Assembly (NCBI GenBank): GCA_963707985.1
Contig: CAVPRW010000024.1
Span: 96,001-160,000 of the forward strand
Length of the DNA: 64,000 nt
Direction of reading: 5' to 3'
From: an uncultured Nitrospinota bacterium
Lineage (GTDB): Bacteria > Tectomicrobia > Entotheonellia > J063 > CAVPRW01
The notes beneath the pieces are model-generated. The model was not told the DNA's origin, ran no database searches, and saw nothing but the letters and a program-made list of their open reading frames with translations. The stretch's first letter is position 1; the number at the start of each line of letters is the position of its first letter. Shown in pieces: positions 32,278-42,499 of the stretch. The translations under genes were made by a program, and so were the position numbers.

Positions 32278-33930
32278 ATGATGGATAAACCTGTTGACCG
32301 CGGAAGGCTAGGGGGGCACGTCCAGCGTGTCGAACGCTGGGGCCTCACGATAGTGCTGCTGATTCTATATGGTCTTATTCCGGCCAATTATACATCCGTG
32401 CTGGCCGCTGAGTCGCACGACAAGGGCGGGACCATTATCTGGGCGGTGCACGAGGGCATGCCAGACTTTGATCTCCACTACAGGACGACCTATATCGCCG
32501 CGCAACCCGTTGGCCCGATATACAACGGCCTGCTGACATTCGACGTCTATAATAACGAGCAGATCGTCGGCGACCTGGCGGAACGCTGGGAGGTCGCCCC
32601 CGATGGCAAGCAGATCACGTTTAATTTGCGCCGGGGCGTAAAGTTTCACGATGGGACGGACTTCACCTGCGCCGATGCCAAGTATAGCCTCGACAAGCTT
32701 GCCGATCCCAAGCGTGCGGACCGTGCGTTCGTGGCGATCATGGAAGTGGTCTTCGAAAGCGCTACCTGCACGGATGATGCGACGCTCGTCGTGAACCTCA
32801 AGCAGCCCTCGGCGGCGTTGTTGACCATGCTGGCAGGTGCGCATGCGGTGATGATGAAGGCTGGCATTGCCGAACAGGTGGACCGCAAAAACCCCAAATT
32901 CCTGGTCGGTACCGGGCCGTTCAAATTCAAATCGTATACACCCGATGTGGAGTTTCGAGCCGAGCGAAACCCAAACTACTGGAAGCCCGGTCTGCCATAC
33001 ATCGATGAGTACAAGGCGATGGTCATGCCCGATCTGACCAGGATCTTTGCCTCGTTCCGCACCCGACAACTCACCATGACGGGGATCGGACGCCATCTCG
33101 AGCCGCCAGAGGCCGACATCCTGAAAAAGGACTTCCCCGACGCGGTCGTGGCGCTCGGACCACGCGCGGGGTGGGATGCGTTTGTGATGAACCTCACGAA
33201 GCCTCCGTTCAATGATCCACGCATGCGGAAAGCGGTGGCGCTGGCCACCGACCGGGAGAAGATGATCGCCATCGCGGCCGAGGGGTGGGGCGTGCTCGGG
33301 GGCTATATTGGTCCCCACACCCCCTATGGGCTGTCCCTGGACGAGTTGAAGCAGTATCCGCAGTTCAGCGACGATATGGCCAAACGCCAGGCAGAGGCCA
33401 AACGGCTCATCGCTGAGGCCGGGTATGCCCGAGGGGTGGACGTCGAGTTGGTGTTGCGCCGCGGCCCCATGTACGAACGTGGGGCGCTGTCCCGACAGGA
33501 TGATCTGAAAAAGGTGGGCATCAATATCAAGATCACTCTGCTGGATACGGCGGGCTTTCGCGATCGGCAGGTCGCGGGGGAATTTCAGGCCTATACAGTC
33601 CTAGCGGCGGTCCAGTTCGACGATCCGGACCAGTACTATGCGCGGCTGACCTGCAAATCACCATCGAACGATGGAAAGTATTGCAACCCGGAGTTTGATA
33701 AGCTCTTTGTGGAGCAGAGCCGAACGTTTGATGTCCAGAAGCGGGCAGAGATCACCCAGCAGATGGAGCGCATTCTCTTGCAGGATGTGCCGGATGCTCG
33801 TGGATTTTACTGGAAATCGGCTATGGCATATTGGAACCGGGTGAAGCACTGGCCCTCGCTCCAGGGGACAACGGTCTATAATTTTGGCAAGTTTGAGCAG
33901 GTGTGGTGCCAGGAAGGTAAGTGTATGTAG
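32278..33930 (+). CDS. Orphan ABC substrate-binding protein, family 5
   Basis: GDLAERWEV, KFHDGTDFT, VGTGPFKF, RNPNYWKPGLPYID, PPFNDPRMRKA; AAGGAGG RBS; no adjacent permeases. Confidence 0.9.
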   Translation: MMDKPVDRGRLGGHVQRVERWGLTIVLLILYGLIPANYTSVLAAESHDKGGTIIWAVHEGMPDFDLHYRTTYIAAQPVGPIYNGLLTFDVYNNEQIVGDLAERWEVAPDGKQITFNLRRGVKFHDGTDFTCADAKYSLDKLADPKRADRAFVAIMEVVFESATCTDDATLVVNLKQPSAALLTMLAGAHAVMMKAGIAEQVDRKNPKFLVGTGPFKFKSYTPDVEFRAERNPNYWKPGLPYIDEYKAMVMPDLTRIFASFRTRQLTMTGIGRHLEPPEADILKKDFPDAVVALGPRAGWDAFVMNLTKPPFNDPRMRKAVALATDREKMIAIAAEGWGVLGGYIGPHTPYGLSLDELKQYPQFSDDMAKRQAEAKRLIAEAGYARGVDVELVLRRGPMYERGALSRQDDLKKVGINIKITLLDTAGFRDRQVAGEFQAYTVLAAVQFDDPDQYYARLTCKSPSNDGKYCNPEFDKLFVEQSRTFDVQKRAEITQQMERILLQDVPDARGFYWKSAMAYWNRVKHWPSLQGTTVYNFGKFEQVWCQEGKCM

Positions 33931-33944
33931 ACCCTGATGGGAGG

Positions 33945-34010
33945 ATTCCTGGCACAACCGAGACGGTTCGCTCAGTGGTCACCGCATCGGACGGTGGTCG
34001 TGCCAGGAAT
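33945..34010. terminator. Long hairpin between the convergent SBP gene and tRNAs
   Basis: ATTCCTGGCAC...GTGCCAGGAAT inverted repeat. Confidence 0.45.
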
Positions 34011-34059
34011 TCCGCTGTACCCAAGTGAAGAAGTTTCGCTTTCGCGACTTGCCTCCGAA

Positions 34060-34134
34060 CGTCCCCACGGGGATTCGAACCCCGGTTGCCGCCGTGAAAG
34101 GGCGATGTCCTAGACCAGGCTAGACGATGGGGAC
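34060..34134 (-). tRNA. tRNA-Glu (TTC)
   Basis: GTCCCCATCGTCTAGCCTGGTCTAGGACATCGCCCTTTCACGGCGGCAACCGGGGTTCGAATCCCCGTGGGGACG; CCA not encoded. Confidence 0.96.
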
Positions 34135-34178
34135 GTTTAGACGTGAAGGCCTCAATGCCTGCTGTCTCTGCATTGGAA

Positions 34179-34251
34179 TGAGCCGCCCAGGACTCGAACC
34201 TGGTACCACCTGCTTAAAAGGCAGGTGCTCTGCCTGATGAGCTAGCGGCCC
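34179..34251 (-). tRNA. tRNA-Lys (TTT)
   Basis: GGGCCGCTAGCTCATCAGGCAGAGCACCTGCCTTTTAAGCAGGTGGTACCAGGTTCGAGTCCTGGGCGGCTCA; CCA not encoded. Confidence 0.96.
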
Positions 34252-34261
34252 AACTCGCGGC

Positions 34262-34290
34262 ATATTACAGACTTACACGATTGACGTCAA
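34262..34290 (-). promoter_or_regulatory. sigma70 promoter for tRNA-Lys/Glu within the integrase 3' end
   Basis: TTGACG-17 bp-TAATAT on the minus strand; the -10 box ends 10 bp before the tRNA 5' end and overlaps the integrase stop codon. Confidence 0.75.
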
Positions 34291-34647
34291 GTGTTCTTTC
34301 CCCAGTTGTGCCCGAAATTGTGCCCGCCAGCTTCCGGGCCACTTCTTGCAGATCGGCAGGGCTGACAATGTCATACCTGTCGAAAACGGAACGTGTCTTA
34401 TGTCCCGTGACCTTCATTGCAACCCTTTCGGACACACCCACGTTCACCATATTACGCACGGCCGTCCGTCGGAAGTCATGGCGCAGCATACCAAGATACC
34501 GACCTTCGCGCAAGCTGCCTTCCACGCATTCTTAAGATCCTGGATGCGCTTACCCTTGTGGCGTCCTCGCAAGTGCGGGAAAAGGTACGGGATGATCTGC
34601 TCTGTCTCGCGCTCTATCCCCCGCATCCGTTCGATCTGTGCTGCCAA
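34265..34647 (-). pseudogene. Phage-type integrase, C-terminal part (int1), truncated by an IS3
   Basis: IIPYLFPH...KNAWKAAC..., [40 protein letters not shown]. Confidence 0.85.
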
Positions 34648-35906
34648 TGTTGTGGTCAAGGAAAAACGGACACTGAGTGAAGCAACCAGAGCCAATGCTG
34701 CGTATGCATTGGGACTGACATATCCGAGATACGAATGCGTCCGCCGGCTGTTGTCGGACATCTCGATGCCATCGATGCTATCGTCCCGCGCTTCTTGCCG
34801 GGTGGCGTCATCACGCGGCGCTGGCCGTGCGTGCGTTACACTGCCGAAGCCTCTCTCGGCCACCGCATGGTCAAGACCCTCGCCCGTCGCGCGCATGCTC
34901 CAGACCATCCCCTGCTGCGCCAGCAGATCTGGGTAGGCCTGACTCGCGTATGGGCGGCCACGCTCCGCATGAGGCAGGCGACCCGTCGATGGCTGGCGAC
35001 GCCAACGCGCCATCTTGAAGGCATCCTGCACCACGGTCGTCTCGAGAGCACGACTCATGGCCCACCCCACCACGTTGCTCGCATAGAGGTCTCGCCGCAC
35101 GGAGACAGACCACCAGCCCTCCGCTGTCCACATAGACGTGATATCGCCTGCCCACACATCCGTGGGCGGCTGCACATCACCCTGGCGCGCCAGCCGGTGG
35201 GGAGCCACGGCAGAGCCAGGGCGGCGGTCGGGGCTGAGCGGACCCCGCCGTTTCGGACGCTTGACCGCCCCCCCAGCCGCTGTCAGCAACCGCCTCGCCT
35301 GGGCACGGCCGACAGACAACCCCTCATCCGGTCGCTGGTTGGCCATGCGACGACGGCCATACCTGTGGCGCGTCTCCGTCGCCAGCGCCTGGATGCGGGC
35401 CCATACGGCCAGGGCCGCCGCCTCGACGTCCGCTGTCGCCTGTCGAGGCAGATCCTCATAACACCCACGGCGACTGACGTCGAGCCCCTCGCACCGCCCC
35501 GCCACCGGCCATCTCTCCTGAGGCTCGGCCATCCAGGCGTCGCTCAGTTCGACCCGCTGGCACAGGAGCCCAGGGCTTTTGTTAACATCTCACGTTCCCT
35601 CCGTAGCCGCTTCTGTTCGTCGCGCCGCCGGTGGCGTGCTGCCGGCTCTGGCGACACGCGACCGTTGCCGGGAAAGGCGGCGGGCGCTTTCGTGGCCTAG
35701 GCGCGCTGCCAGCCACCCAGCCTAGTCGCATTGATGCCCACATGGCGGGCCGTTTCAGACACCCCGTCGCCCTGCTCGGTCACGAGTCGAACGGCTCCTC
35801 GCGTGCATTCATCGCCATAGTTGCGTCGTGGCTCTGCCCTCGTGGACACCTCCTCTCGCGATCGTATCACCCTTATCCAGGTGTCCGTTTTCATTCAACC
35901 ACAACA
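34648..35906 (-). mobile_element. IS3-family element, strongly decayed
   Basis: IRs TGTTGTGGTCAAGGAAAAACGGACAC / GTGTCCGTTTTCATTCAACCACAACA; orfA and orfB relics (VWAGDIT, VVGWAM, RTHSYLGYVSP). Confidence 0.85.
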
Positions 35907-36310
35907 GCCGGAGGTGGATCGGCTTCGAGCGACGTTCCTCCAGGCAGAGATCAGAGCCGGTGGCATCCTCTCATGGATAGGCTCGGATTGGCCGTGTGGC
36001 AGGAGCGAGGTGTGGCGGGTCAGCCGGAGGTCGTCGGAACGCTCATGCTGAAGGAGGGTACAAGCTGGATTACGGTCCATCTTGAGCCCCCATCGCCAAG
36101 ACTGAAACCTGCGCAGTAGCACCTGGCGGCGTGCCCGGTCGCCGTAACGAGAGTGGGGTTGCAATGTATTCGCAGTGATGGCCTCATCCTCGTTGAAGCG
36201 AACGCGGAGCCACTCATCTCGTGGCCCGTTCGACGGCTTCGTTGTATAATCGTCATCAGTTTTTCTGCCCAGAGCCATCTGTCCATGAGTCGGAATGGGG
36301 GAGTCGAGCT

Positions 36311-36544
36311 ATGAAGCCAATACGCATCCGGTTCTGCAAGGTTTGAGCGTCGTACCCGCCAAAAGCCGCCCGTGTGGCGGAGTTAATCAAGCAAGAGTTG
36401 GGGATACAGCCGGAGTTGGTTGAAGGCGATCGTGGGGAGTTCACGGTCTGGGTCGGAGACCGGATGGTGGCACAGAAGGGTTGGGTCAGATTCCCGCAGG
36501 ATAAGAAAGTGCTGTCAGCGGTGCAGCAGGCCCTCACGGAGTAG
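36311..36544 (+). CDS. SelW/Rdx-family selenoprotein (CxxU; UGA at 36344-36346)
   Basis: MKPIRIRFCKV(U)ASYPPKAARVAELIKQELGIQPELVEGDRGEFTVWVGDRMVAQKGWVRFPQDKKVLSAVQQALTE*; GGGGAG RBS; hairpin CCGCC-CGTGT-GGCGG downstream of the UGA. Confidence 0.82.
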
Positions 36545-36732
36545 CCAGCGGGCGGACGGATACGGCTGTTCGGGCCGCTCTGAGATACTCCCTCTAGGAG
36601 CGAGGGCGCCCGTCTTACTGGGCCTTGCCGCCGACACGCTCACGCACCTATTAGCCGATGTGGTGGACACGGGACCGGTCAGCCGCCCCTCGTCAGACAT
36701 CTGTACGGGGCCGCAAGCCCGCTGAGGTCGAC

Positions 36733-36930
36733 ATGGTGCTTCGCCCCCTGTTGGCAACTGATGCCGAGGCGTACCAGGTATTACGTCTACGCTCGTCACG
36801 GGAGCATCCAGAGGCCTTTGCACTCGCCTCCGAAGACGGACAACCGACCACTGTGGAGATGGTCGCGAGGCGTTTAGCGCAGTCAGTTTTTCAGAGAGTT
36901 GCCTTCGATTTGTTGTGCAAAACTCAATAG
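36733..36930 (+). pseudogene. GNAT acetyltransferase N-terminal fragment
   Basis: MVLRPLLATDAEAYQVLRLRSSREHPEAF, then loses similarity. Confidence 0.55.
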
Positions 36931-36951
36931 TGATGAACAGGAGGCCAATTG

Positions 36952-37152
36952 ATGGCCCAGATTACCTTGACCCAAGAGGAAGCGGCTGCCCTCCGAATGG
37001 CACTCAGCAGTTATGTGTCTGATCTCTGGATGGAGATTGCGCATACGGACTCGTGGCAGTTCCGGCAGAACCTCAAGCGGGAAGAGGCGCTCCTAAAGAA
37101 ACTTATGGAACAGCTCGACGCCGAACTGGCTTCAGCAGGGACATCCTCATAG
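36952..37152 (+). CDS. Small conserved helical hypothetical protein
   Basis: GGAGG RBS; MAQITLTQEEAAALRMALSSYVSDLWMEIAHTDSWQFRQNLK. Confidence 0.65.
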   Translation: MAQITLTQEEAAALRMALSSYVSDLWMEIAHTDSWQFRQNLKREEALLKKLMEQLDAELASAGTSS

Positions 37153-37365
37153 CCTGGCGCTCTTAGCCCCGGCATGAAGCCGACGTGCTGAGCTCAGTCC
37201 TGCCCATCACCCGGCCTCTCCCATCCCCATCAGCCTCCCCAGGCTGCCTCACAATCAACGCCCAATGGTAGGGGATACACTGGCCAAATCCTTGCGCGGC
37301 TGTCACATCTCGGGACGGAGGATACCCGCGCAGCATGATGGGCGCGGGGACCTATAGCCTCGGGC

Positions 37366-37821
37366 TTATGGCGGCGTGGGGGCCACCGGTCGCCATCCTC
37401 CTGGACATTGCTGCACGTAGGGGTAATACCCGCCCGGATTGTCACAGTAATACCACGAGGCCAATGGCGGGGGCTGGGCAGGGGCCGGTGCCGAGGGTTG
37501 CACATAGACTTGGGTGGATGGCACGGTGACGACGGGCGGGTAGCCATAGGGGTAGGCATAGGACCCCCAGTATGGCCCCCAAGACGGCCCCCAGTATGGC
37601 CCGACGCCGATGCCGATCCCAACCCGTGGGCCTCCCCACCACCCGCCTCCATGCCACCCACCTCCATGCCACCCGCCTCCATGCCACCCACCTCCATGCC
37701 ACCCACCTCCATGCCACCCGCCTCCATGCCCGCCCTGCCAGGCATAGCCTGCTCCCGCGCTGCCCCAGAGCAGCATCGCCAGTATGACGATCATCCGCAT
37801 CCACTTCTGTTGTGGTCCCAT
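37366..37821 (-). CDS. Exported Gly/Trp/His- and Pro/Tyr-rich protein
   Basis: Signal peptide, tandem GGGWH repeats (15-bp units at about 37640-37730), C-terminal WYYCDNPGGYYPYVQQCPGGW. Confidence 0.8.
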   Translation of the reverse strand: MGPQQKWMRMIVILAMLLWGSAGAGYAWQGGHGGGWHGGGWHGGGWHGGGWHGGGWHGGGWWGGPRVGIGIGVGPYWGPSWGPYWGSYAYPYGYPPVVTVPSTQVYVQPSAPAPAQPPPLASWYYCDNPGGYYPYVQQCPGGWRPVAPTPP

Positions 37822-37959
37822 CGTCCTCACCTTCCCGACATCCCAGGGTTCGTCCCTTATGAGACTCCTCGCATACACGCATACGTATACAGTATACCCC
37901 TCATCTCCCCGGCATGGCCATGAGAGAGGAGAGGGGGCATCGGCAGCCGATGGCCTGGG

Positions 37960-38343
37960 ATGCTACCGTTGCTACCCCGTCTGCCGATGCCCGGTGTTGA
38001 CGTGGGTTGCAGGAGTCGCCATAGAGGCCAATCGCGGACCGTGCCCTCACGTCCCGGCACACACGTGTGATGCCATGCATCCGAGCAGGCATACCGCGCA
38101 GCGATGAGCAGGGCTAGCAGCCAGGCGTGGGTGCGGCGGGCACTGGGTCGCCGCAGGGCGCCATACACGAGGAGGATTCATACCGCATACACGGTCACAT
38201 GGCCCAGTTTGCGCACGATGAAGTCATCGATCGGCGCGAAGGGCGAGGCGAACGAGGGGGGCGCGGAGAGGGCGAAGAGGACCCCCAGCCAACAGACCAC
38301 CAGTAGCCACCGCACGAGGACTCTGCTCCGACCCCGAGGCATC
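37960..38343 (-). pseudogene. VanZ-like membrane protein, decayed
   Basis: WLGVLFALS...DFIVRKLGHVTVYAV*...YACSDAWHHTCVPGREGTVRD; in-frame stop and eroded motifs. Confidence 0.7.
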
Positions 38344-39254
38344 TCCATCCACCGCCGTTCGGAAGGGGGGCACATCCCCAGCGTACCATACCTCCCGCCA
38401 GAATGCCCCTAGATGAGGTCTCATGAGGTCTGGAGTGTTGGAATGTTCTCGTGGGGGCGACACGCGCCTCTGGCCCAGGGGGACCCTGGGCAACCTCCTC
38501 CTCTCAAGGGGAGCTGTGAGGCTGAGACCTGCACAGAGCCCCAGCCCAACGGCAGCTTGTGTGTGCGGCCGGACATGCCCCGCGACGCTGCCCTCGGAGG
38601 CCGGGGGAGGGGACGCGTCCAGCTATGTGTCTGGGGATTCTATTCGTTCGTGAGCACAGGAGAGTCAACGAGTGGCCCCCTCCTGGGGACCCTTGGCAAT
38701 CATGGTTCCTGGTGGGCTGTGTGTACGTGTACATGCCCCATGCTACAGCCCCTACAGCCGTGGGAGGGGTGCCCTGGGCAGCCCATTGTTGGCTCAGTCG
38801 TCTGTCTGCAGAGGTGAGCCACTGTACCTGTGAATGATGCATTCTTCAGTACTCCCTTATCGACCATCTTGACAGCCCAGCCCAGTAGGCACACGGATCA
38901 CACCTGCTTCGTTGAAGTGGGGGCAGAAGGGATAAGGTAGCATCGTAAGCCTGTAGCAGGCAGAAGGTGCAACATGGCCTGTACTGCAGGGGAGATGGAG
39001 CGGAGATTTACACGATGGCATGGTAGAGCTAAGCAGGGCTATTCCTTGGTAAGCACCGAAGGCGGAGATTGGCCTCTTCTCTGATCGATCTCTCTGGCAC
39101 GCTCGCGCCCACGATTAGCAGCCTGAAAGCCTATGCCCAACTGTGCCCGCGAGGGGCTATAACTGACCCAAAACCACCCGCCGCCAGTCAAGTAGAAAAA
39201 GAAAACCCTCTGGGTAAATTGTTGATTTACCGGGGGGTCTGATTTTGGGAGGAG

Positions 39255-39294
39255 GCTTAAAAGGCAGGTGCTCTCCCTGATGAGCTAGCGGCCC
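39255..39294 (-). repeat. att-like direct repeat equal to the 5' half of tRNA-Lys
   Basis: 39 of 40 bp identical to 34212-34251 (5' end through the anticodon loop). Confidence 0.92.
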
Positions 39295-39302
39295 ATCGTG
39301 TG

Positions 39303-40037
39303 CTACAGGCTGAGCTGTCCGTGTTGGGTCCGTATCAGAGGCATGGCTTCCAATATACCGGGCCCGTTGGGCGGCTGCCTGGGCCACATCCCGCTCTGTG
39401 ATGATGTTGTAGCGGTCAAACACCGCCCGGGGCCTATGCCCCGGGCCATAACCATGCCCTCTGGTACACCAGCCCTGATAAAATTACGGACTACTGTCCG
39501 TCCTTTATCATGAAACAGGGTGTTAGGGCAACCCACCGCCTCGGTGGCCTGTTCCCACACGGGCCTCCACTGTTGAAGGCGTTTCCCTTAGCCGCTGCAA
39601 GTGGGGCTTGGCCTGTACCCAGTCCTCACGGATCGCCAGGGTGAACATGCGGCCCCAGGCCCCCAGGTCTTTATTCACGGTAGCGGCTGACGCGCCCATC
39701 GCCAGGCGTTGCTGCGGGTAAGCCCTCAAGTCGCTGCTCACAATGCAGTCAATACGTACATCAGCATACACTATGGCAGGTTATTCACCTGATCTTCGGC
39801 CCACTCCCTGGACCGTCGGCCCTTGAGCGCGTGGTCTTGCACATACAGGGCAGCAATGTGCTCAAAATGATGCTCGACTATGGGCCGGGGTGACGTGGCC
39901 AAAGGTTGCCATAATAACTGCAGGGCCACGGCTTTATCAGGTGAGCGGATACTCGCCCGCTGCTCGTGGCCCTCGCCATCATACCAGGCCACCCACCACA
40001 CATTACCCCGTTTGAATACTCTCCCCTGTCCGTTCAT
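39303..40037 (-). pseudogene. Phage-type integrase (int2), decayed with stops and deletions
   Basis: MNGQGRVFKRGNVWWVAWYD..., ATVNKDL, FHDKGRTVVRNFIRAGVPE..., FDRYNIITERD; ends just before the tRNA 5' fragment. Confidence 0.82.
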
Positions 40038-40219
40038 GGCACAGCCAGATAGCATGAACAGCAGGCCCCGGTCAAGCCAAGAGGGGAGAAAGGGGAGTGA
40101 GTGGGCTGCCGGGCACTACGTCGCCTATTCTTGTGATTATAGCCCTTCTGTTTGCAGAAATACGACGTATACACGCGGGTGGCCCTCTTACCACCCAGCC
40201 CTCTGAGTAGCATATCGTA

Positions 40220-41110
40220 TAACCAGTGTCTGGAAGTACTCGGTCAGCAGTCGCCGCAGATGGCGCTCGTGCAGGACGATGACATGGTCCAGGCATTCAC
40301 GGCGGATACTCCCGATCAGCGGCTCGACATACGGATGCTGCCACGGACTTCGGGGGGGCAGTCACCTCTTCTTCGATGCCCATGTGCCGCATCCGCTGCC
40401 GAAAGGCAGCGCCGTAGATCCGATCACGGTCGCGGTGGAGATACCACGGGGCCTCGCCCCATGGGACTGCTTCCACGACCTGCTGGGCCGTCCATGCGAC
40501 GGTGGGATGCTCAGTGACGTTGACATGTACGAGACGTCGTCGCTCATGGGCCAGGATGAGCAGAACAAACAGTACTTTGTGGGTGACCGTCGGCACGACA
40601 AAGAAATCCAGGGACACCAGATCCGGCGCGTTGTTCTTGAGGAAAGTCTTCCACGTCGGTGACGGCGGCCTGTGTGGCCGCACCCGATACTTCTCCACCG
40701 TCGATTGGGCCACGTCGATCCCCAGTTTCCGAGGTTGCCCACCGATCCGAGGTGAACCCCACGTGGGATTGGCCTGCCACATCGCCTGGATAAGCTCGCG
40801 GACCTCTTTGGCAATCGTTGGACGGCCGGGCGTGCCTGGCTGGCTCAGTTGTCGCTAGTGGTCGCGAAAGCGCTGGCGCTGCCAAACAATAACGGTACGA
40901 GGCTGAACGAACGCCAGGCCATGTTGCCAGCCTGACTACAGACGAGACAGCCACGCCTAGAACAGACGATCGGTCGACCGGAGGCGGGGGCGATCAATGG
41001 TCTGTTGATAGACCGCCAATTGATGCCGCAGGGCCAGTGGTTCCAGGCACAGTGGACCGAAAGAGGCCCGCAACGAAGGCCAGCAGAGCCGAGATGACGG
41101 GAAGCATGAT
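40220..41110 (-). pseudogene. rve/integrase-core transposase remnant
   Basis: MWQANPTWGSPRI, PPSPTWKTFL, SLDFFVVPT, NVTEHPT, YLHRDRDRIYG; several stops. Confidence 0.8.
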
Positions 41111-41332
41111 CAGAAACCTCCTTACACTGGCATGTCGGAAGATGGAGAAGTCCGCTGGTCCAGCATGAGGAGGAAATCGAAAAAGGTCAAGTCTATGAAT
41201 AGCTTTAGGGTTTCTGGATACACACCTCCTATCACACCCTCCTCTCCACAAAAGACCTGACGGGTCCTGGCTGCCACTGGTAACTGTATTCCACGCTGAT
41301 GATCAGGCGTTCCGTGGCGCTATCATAGCTTT

Positions 41333-42214
41333 CTATTGATGGCCTTGTGATTGGAGCACCTCGAACAGGCGCCGCTTGGGCTTCGTATCCAAGGTCTGGA
41401 CAAGCCCAAAGCATTTGCTGGAGGGGATATCCGCCTCATCCGCTCGGCGAAAGGCCAGAATGCTCTTGCCGACGATGACTTCGACGTGCCCCTTCTTCTC
41501 GTCCCAATCGCGCCCATATCCACCATCGATGCCCACCGTCATCGGCCCATCGGGAATCCGTAAACAGCCCCAGCCGGCCGGACAGCCCTGGACAAAGACC
41601 CACTGCTCTTCGCCCAGTTCGTCTTCACAGCGTGGCGTGACCGTGAGGGTATGGTTCTGCACCGTTGTCGCGTTCAGGGTCGCGTCCACGGGGAGAAAGT
41701 CCTTCAGCGCCTGCGCCGTCAGGCCATAGGACACTAGCGAGGCGCACGTGGTCTCCATGAAGAGCAGCTCGGGGGCGACTGCGTTGGTCAGCAGAGCATT
41801 CAGCGGCCGGAAGGTGGTTGTCTGGCGACGTTGGCTGCGACAATGCTACAGCCGCGGACTGGTGAGCGTCACCGTGCTAAAGAGCGTACGGAAGCTACGC
41901 GTGTGATACCCTTTGACCCCGAGAGACTTCCTACAGTGGTCACACTGAGGTTGGGCCGCCACAAAGGCCGTCGCGTGCTGTTCCACTAGCTGTTGGTGGA
42001 GCGTCTTGAGGACGGACTTCGCTTCGGCCAACGGGAAGCCCAGATGCTCGATCCGCTGGTGCGGCTTCTCCACCATCGCGATCTCTTGAACCTGCTCTGC
42101 ACGACCATCCTCTGCACACACGACAAGCGGCACCTTGATCTTCATGAGAGGTCCTCCCATCTAGGGCATACCGATTGAGGGGCGCATTCTACCCCGGACG
42201 GATGAGTTACCCCC
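41333..42214 (-). mobile_element. ISKra4-family element, 5' fragment
   Basis: LGFPLAEAK..., FRTLFSTVTLTSPRL, SLVSYGLT, TVGIDGGY, EVIVGKS; G-rich terminus near 42214. Confidence 0.78.
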
Positions 42215-42499
42215 AGGTTTTTGATCCTCTCTGCTTGAGGTTTGGCTAAAGTACATCCCTCCTGCTCGGAAAATCGACTCTGACCCCGATTTTCGACTGC
42301 CCACCCGCCGCGGCCAGTGTGCCCGTCCGGGTTCGCCTGAAACCGCCACCCGACCGCGGCTTGGTGCAGCGCGATAGTCAGGCGTCGTACCTTCGACTGA
42401 CAGGCAACGCTTCGTTTCTGCCCATCCTACTTTGCCGACAGCATTGTCTGACCAGACAATACTGTCCGTCCCCACTTTCTCAATGCTGTAGCCAATGCC

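Noticed and set aside
37640..37730. Tandem repeat as a CRISPR array
   Set aside because: 15-bp coding units with no unique spacers; no CRISPR array or cas gene was seen in the window.
38178..38180. In-frame TGA in the vanZ-like gene as possible Sec
   Set aside because: It falls in a hydrophobic helix with no Cys context, and the rest of the gene is eroded.
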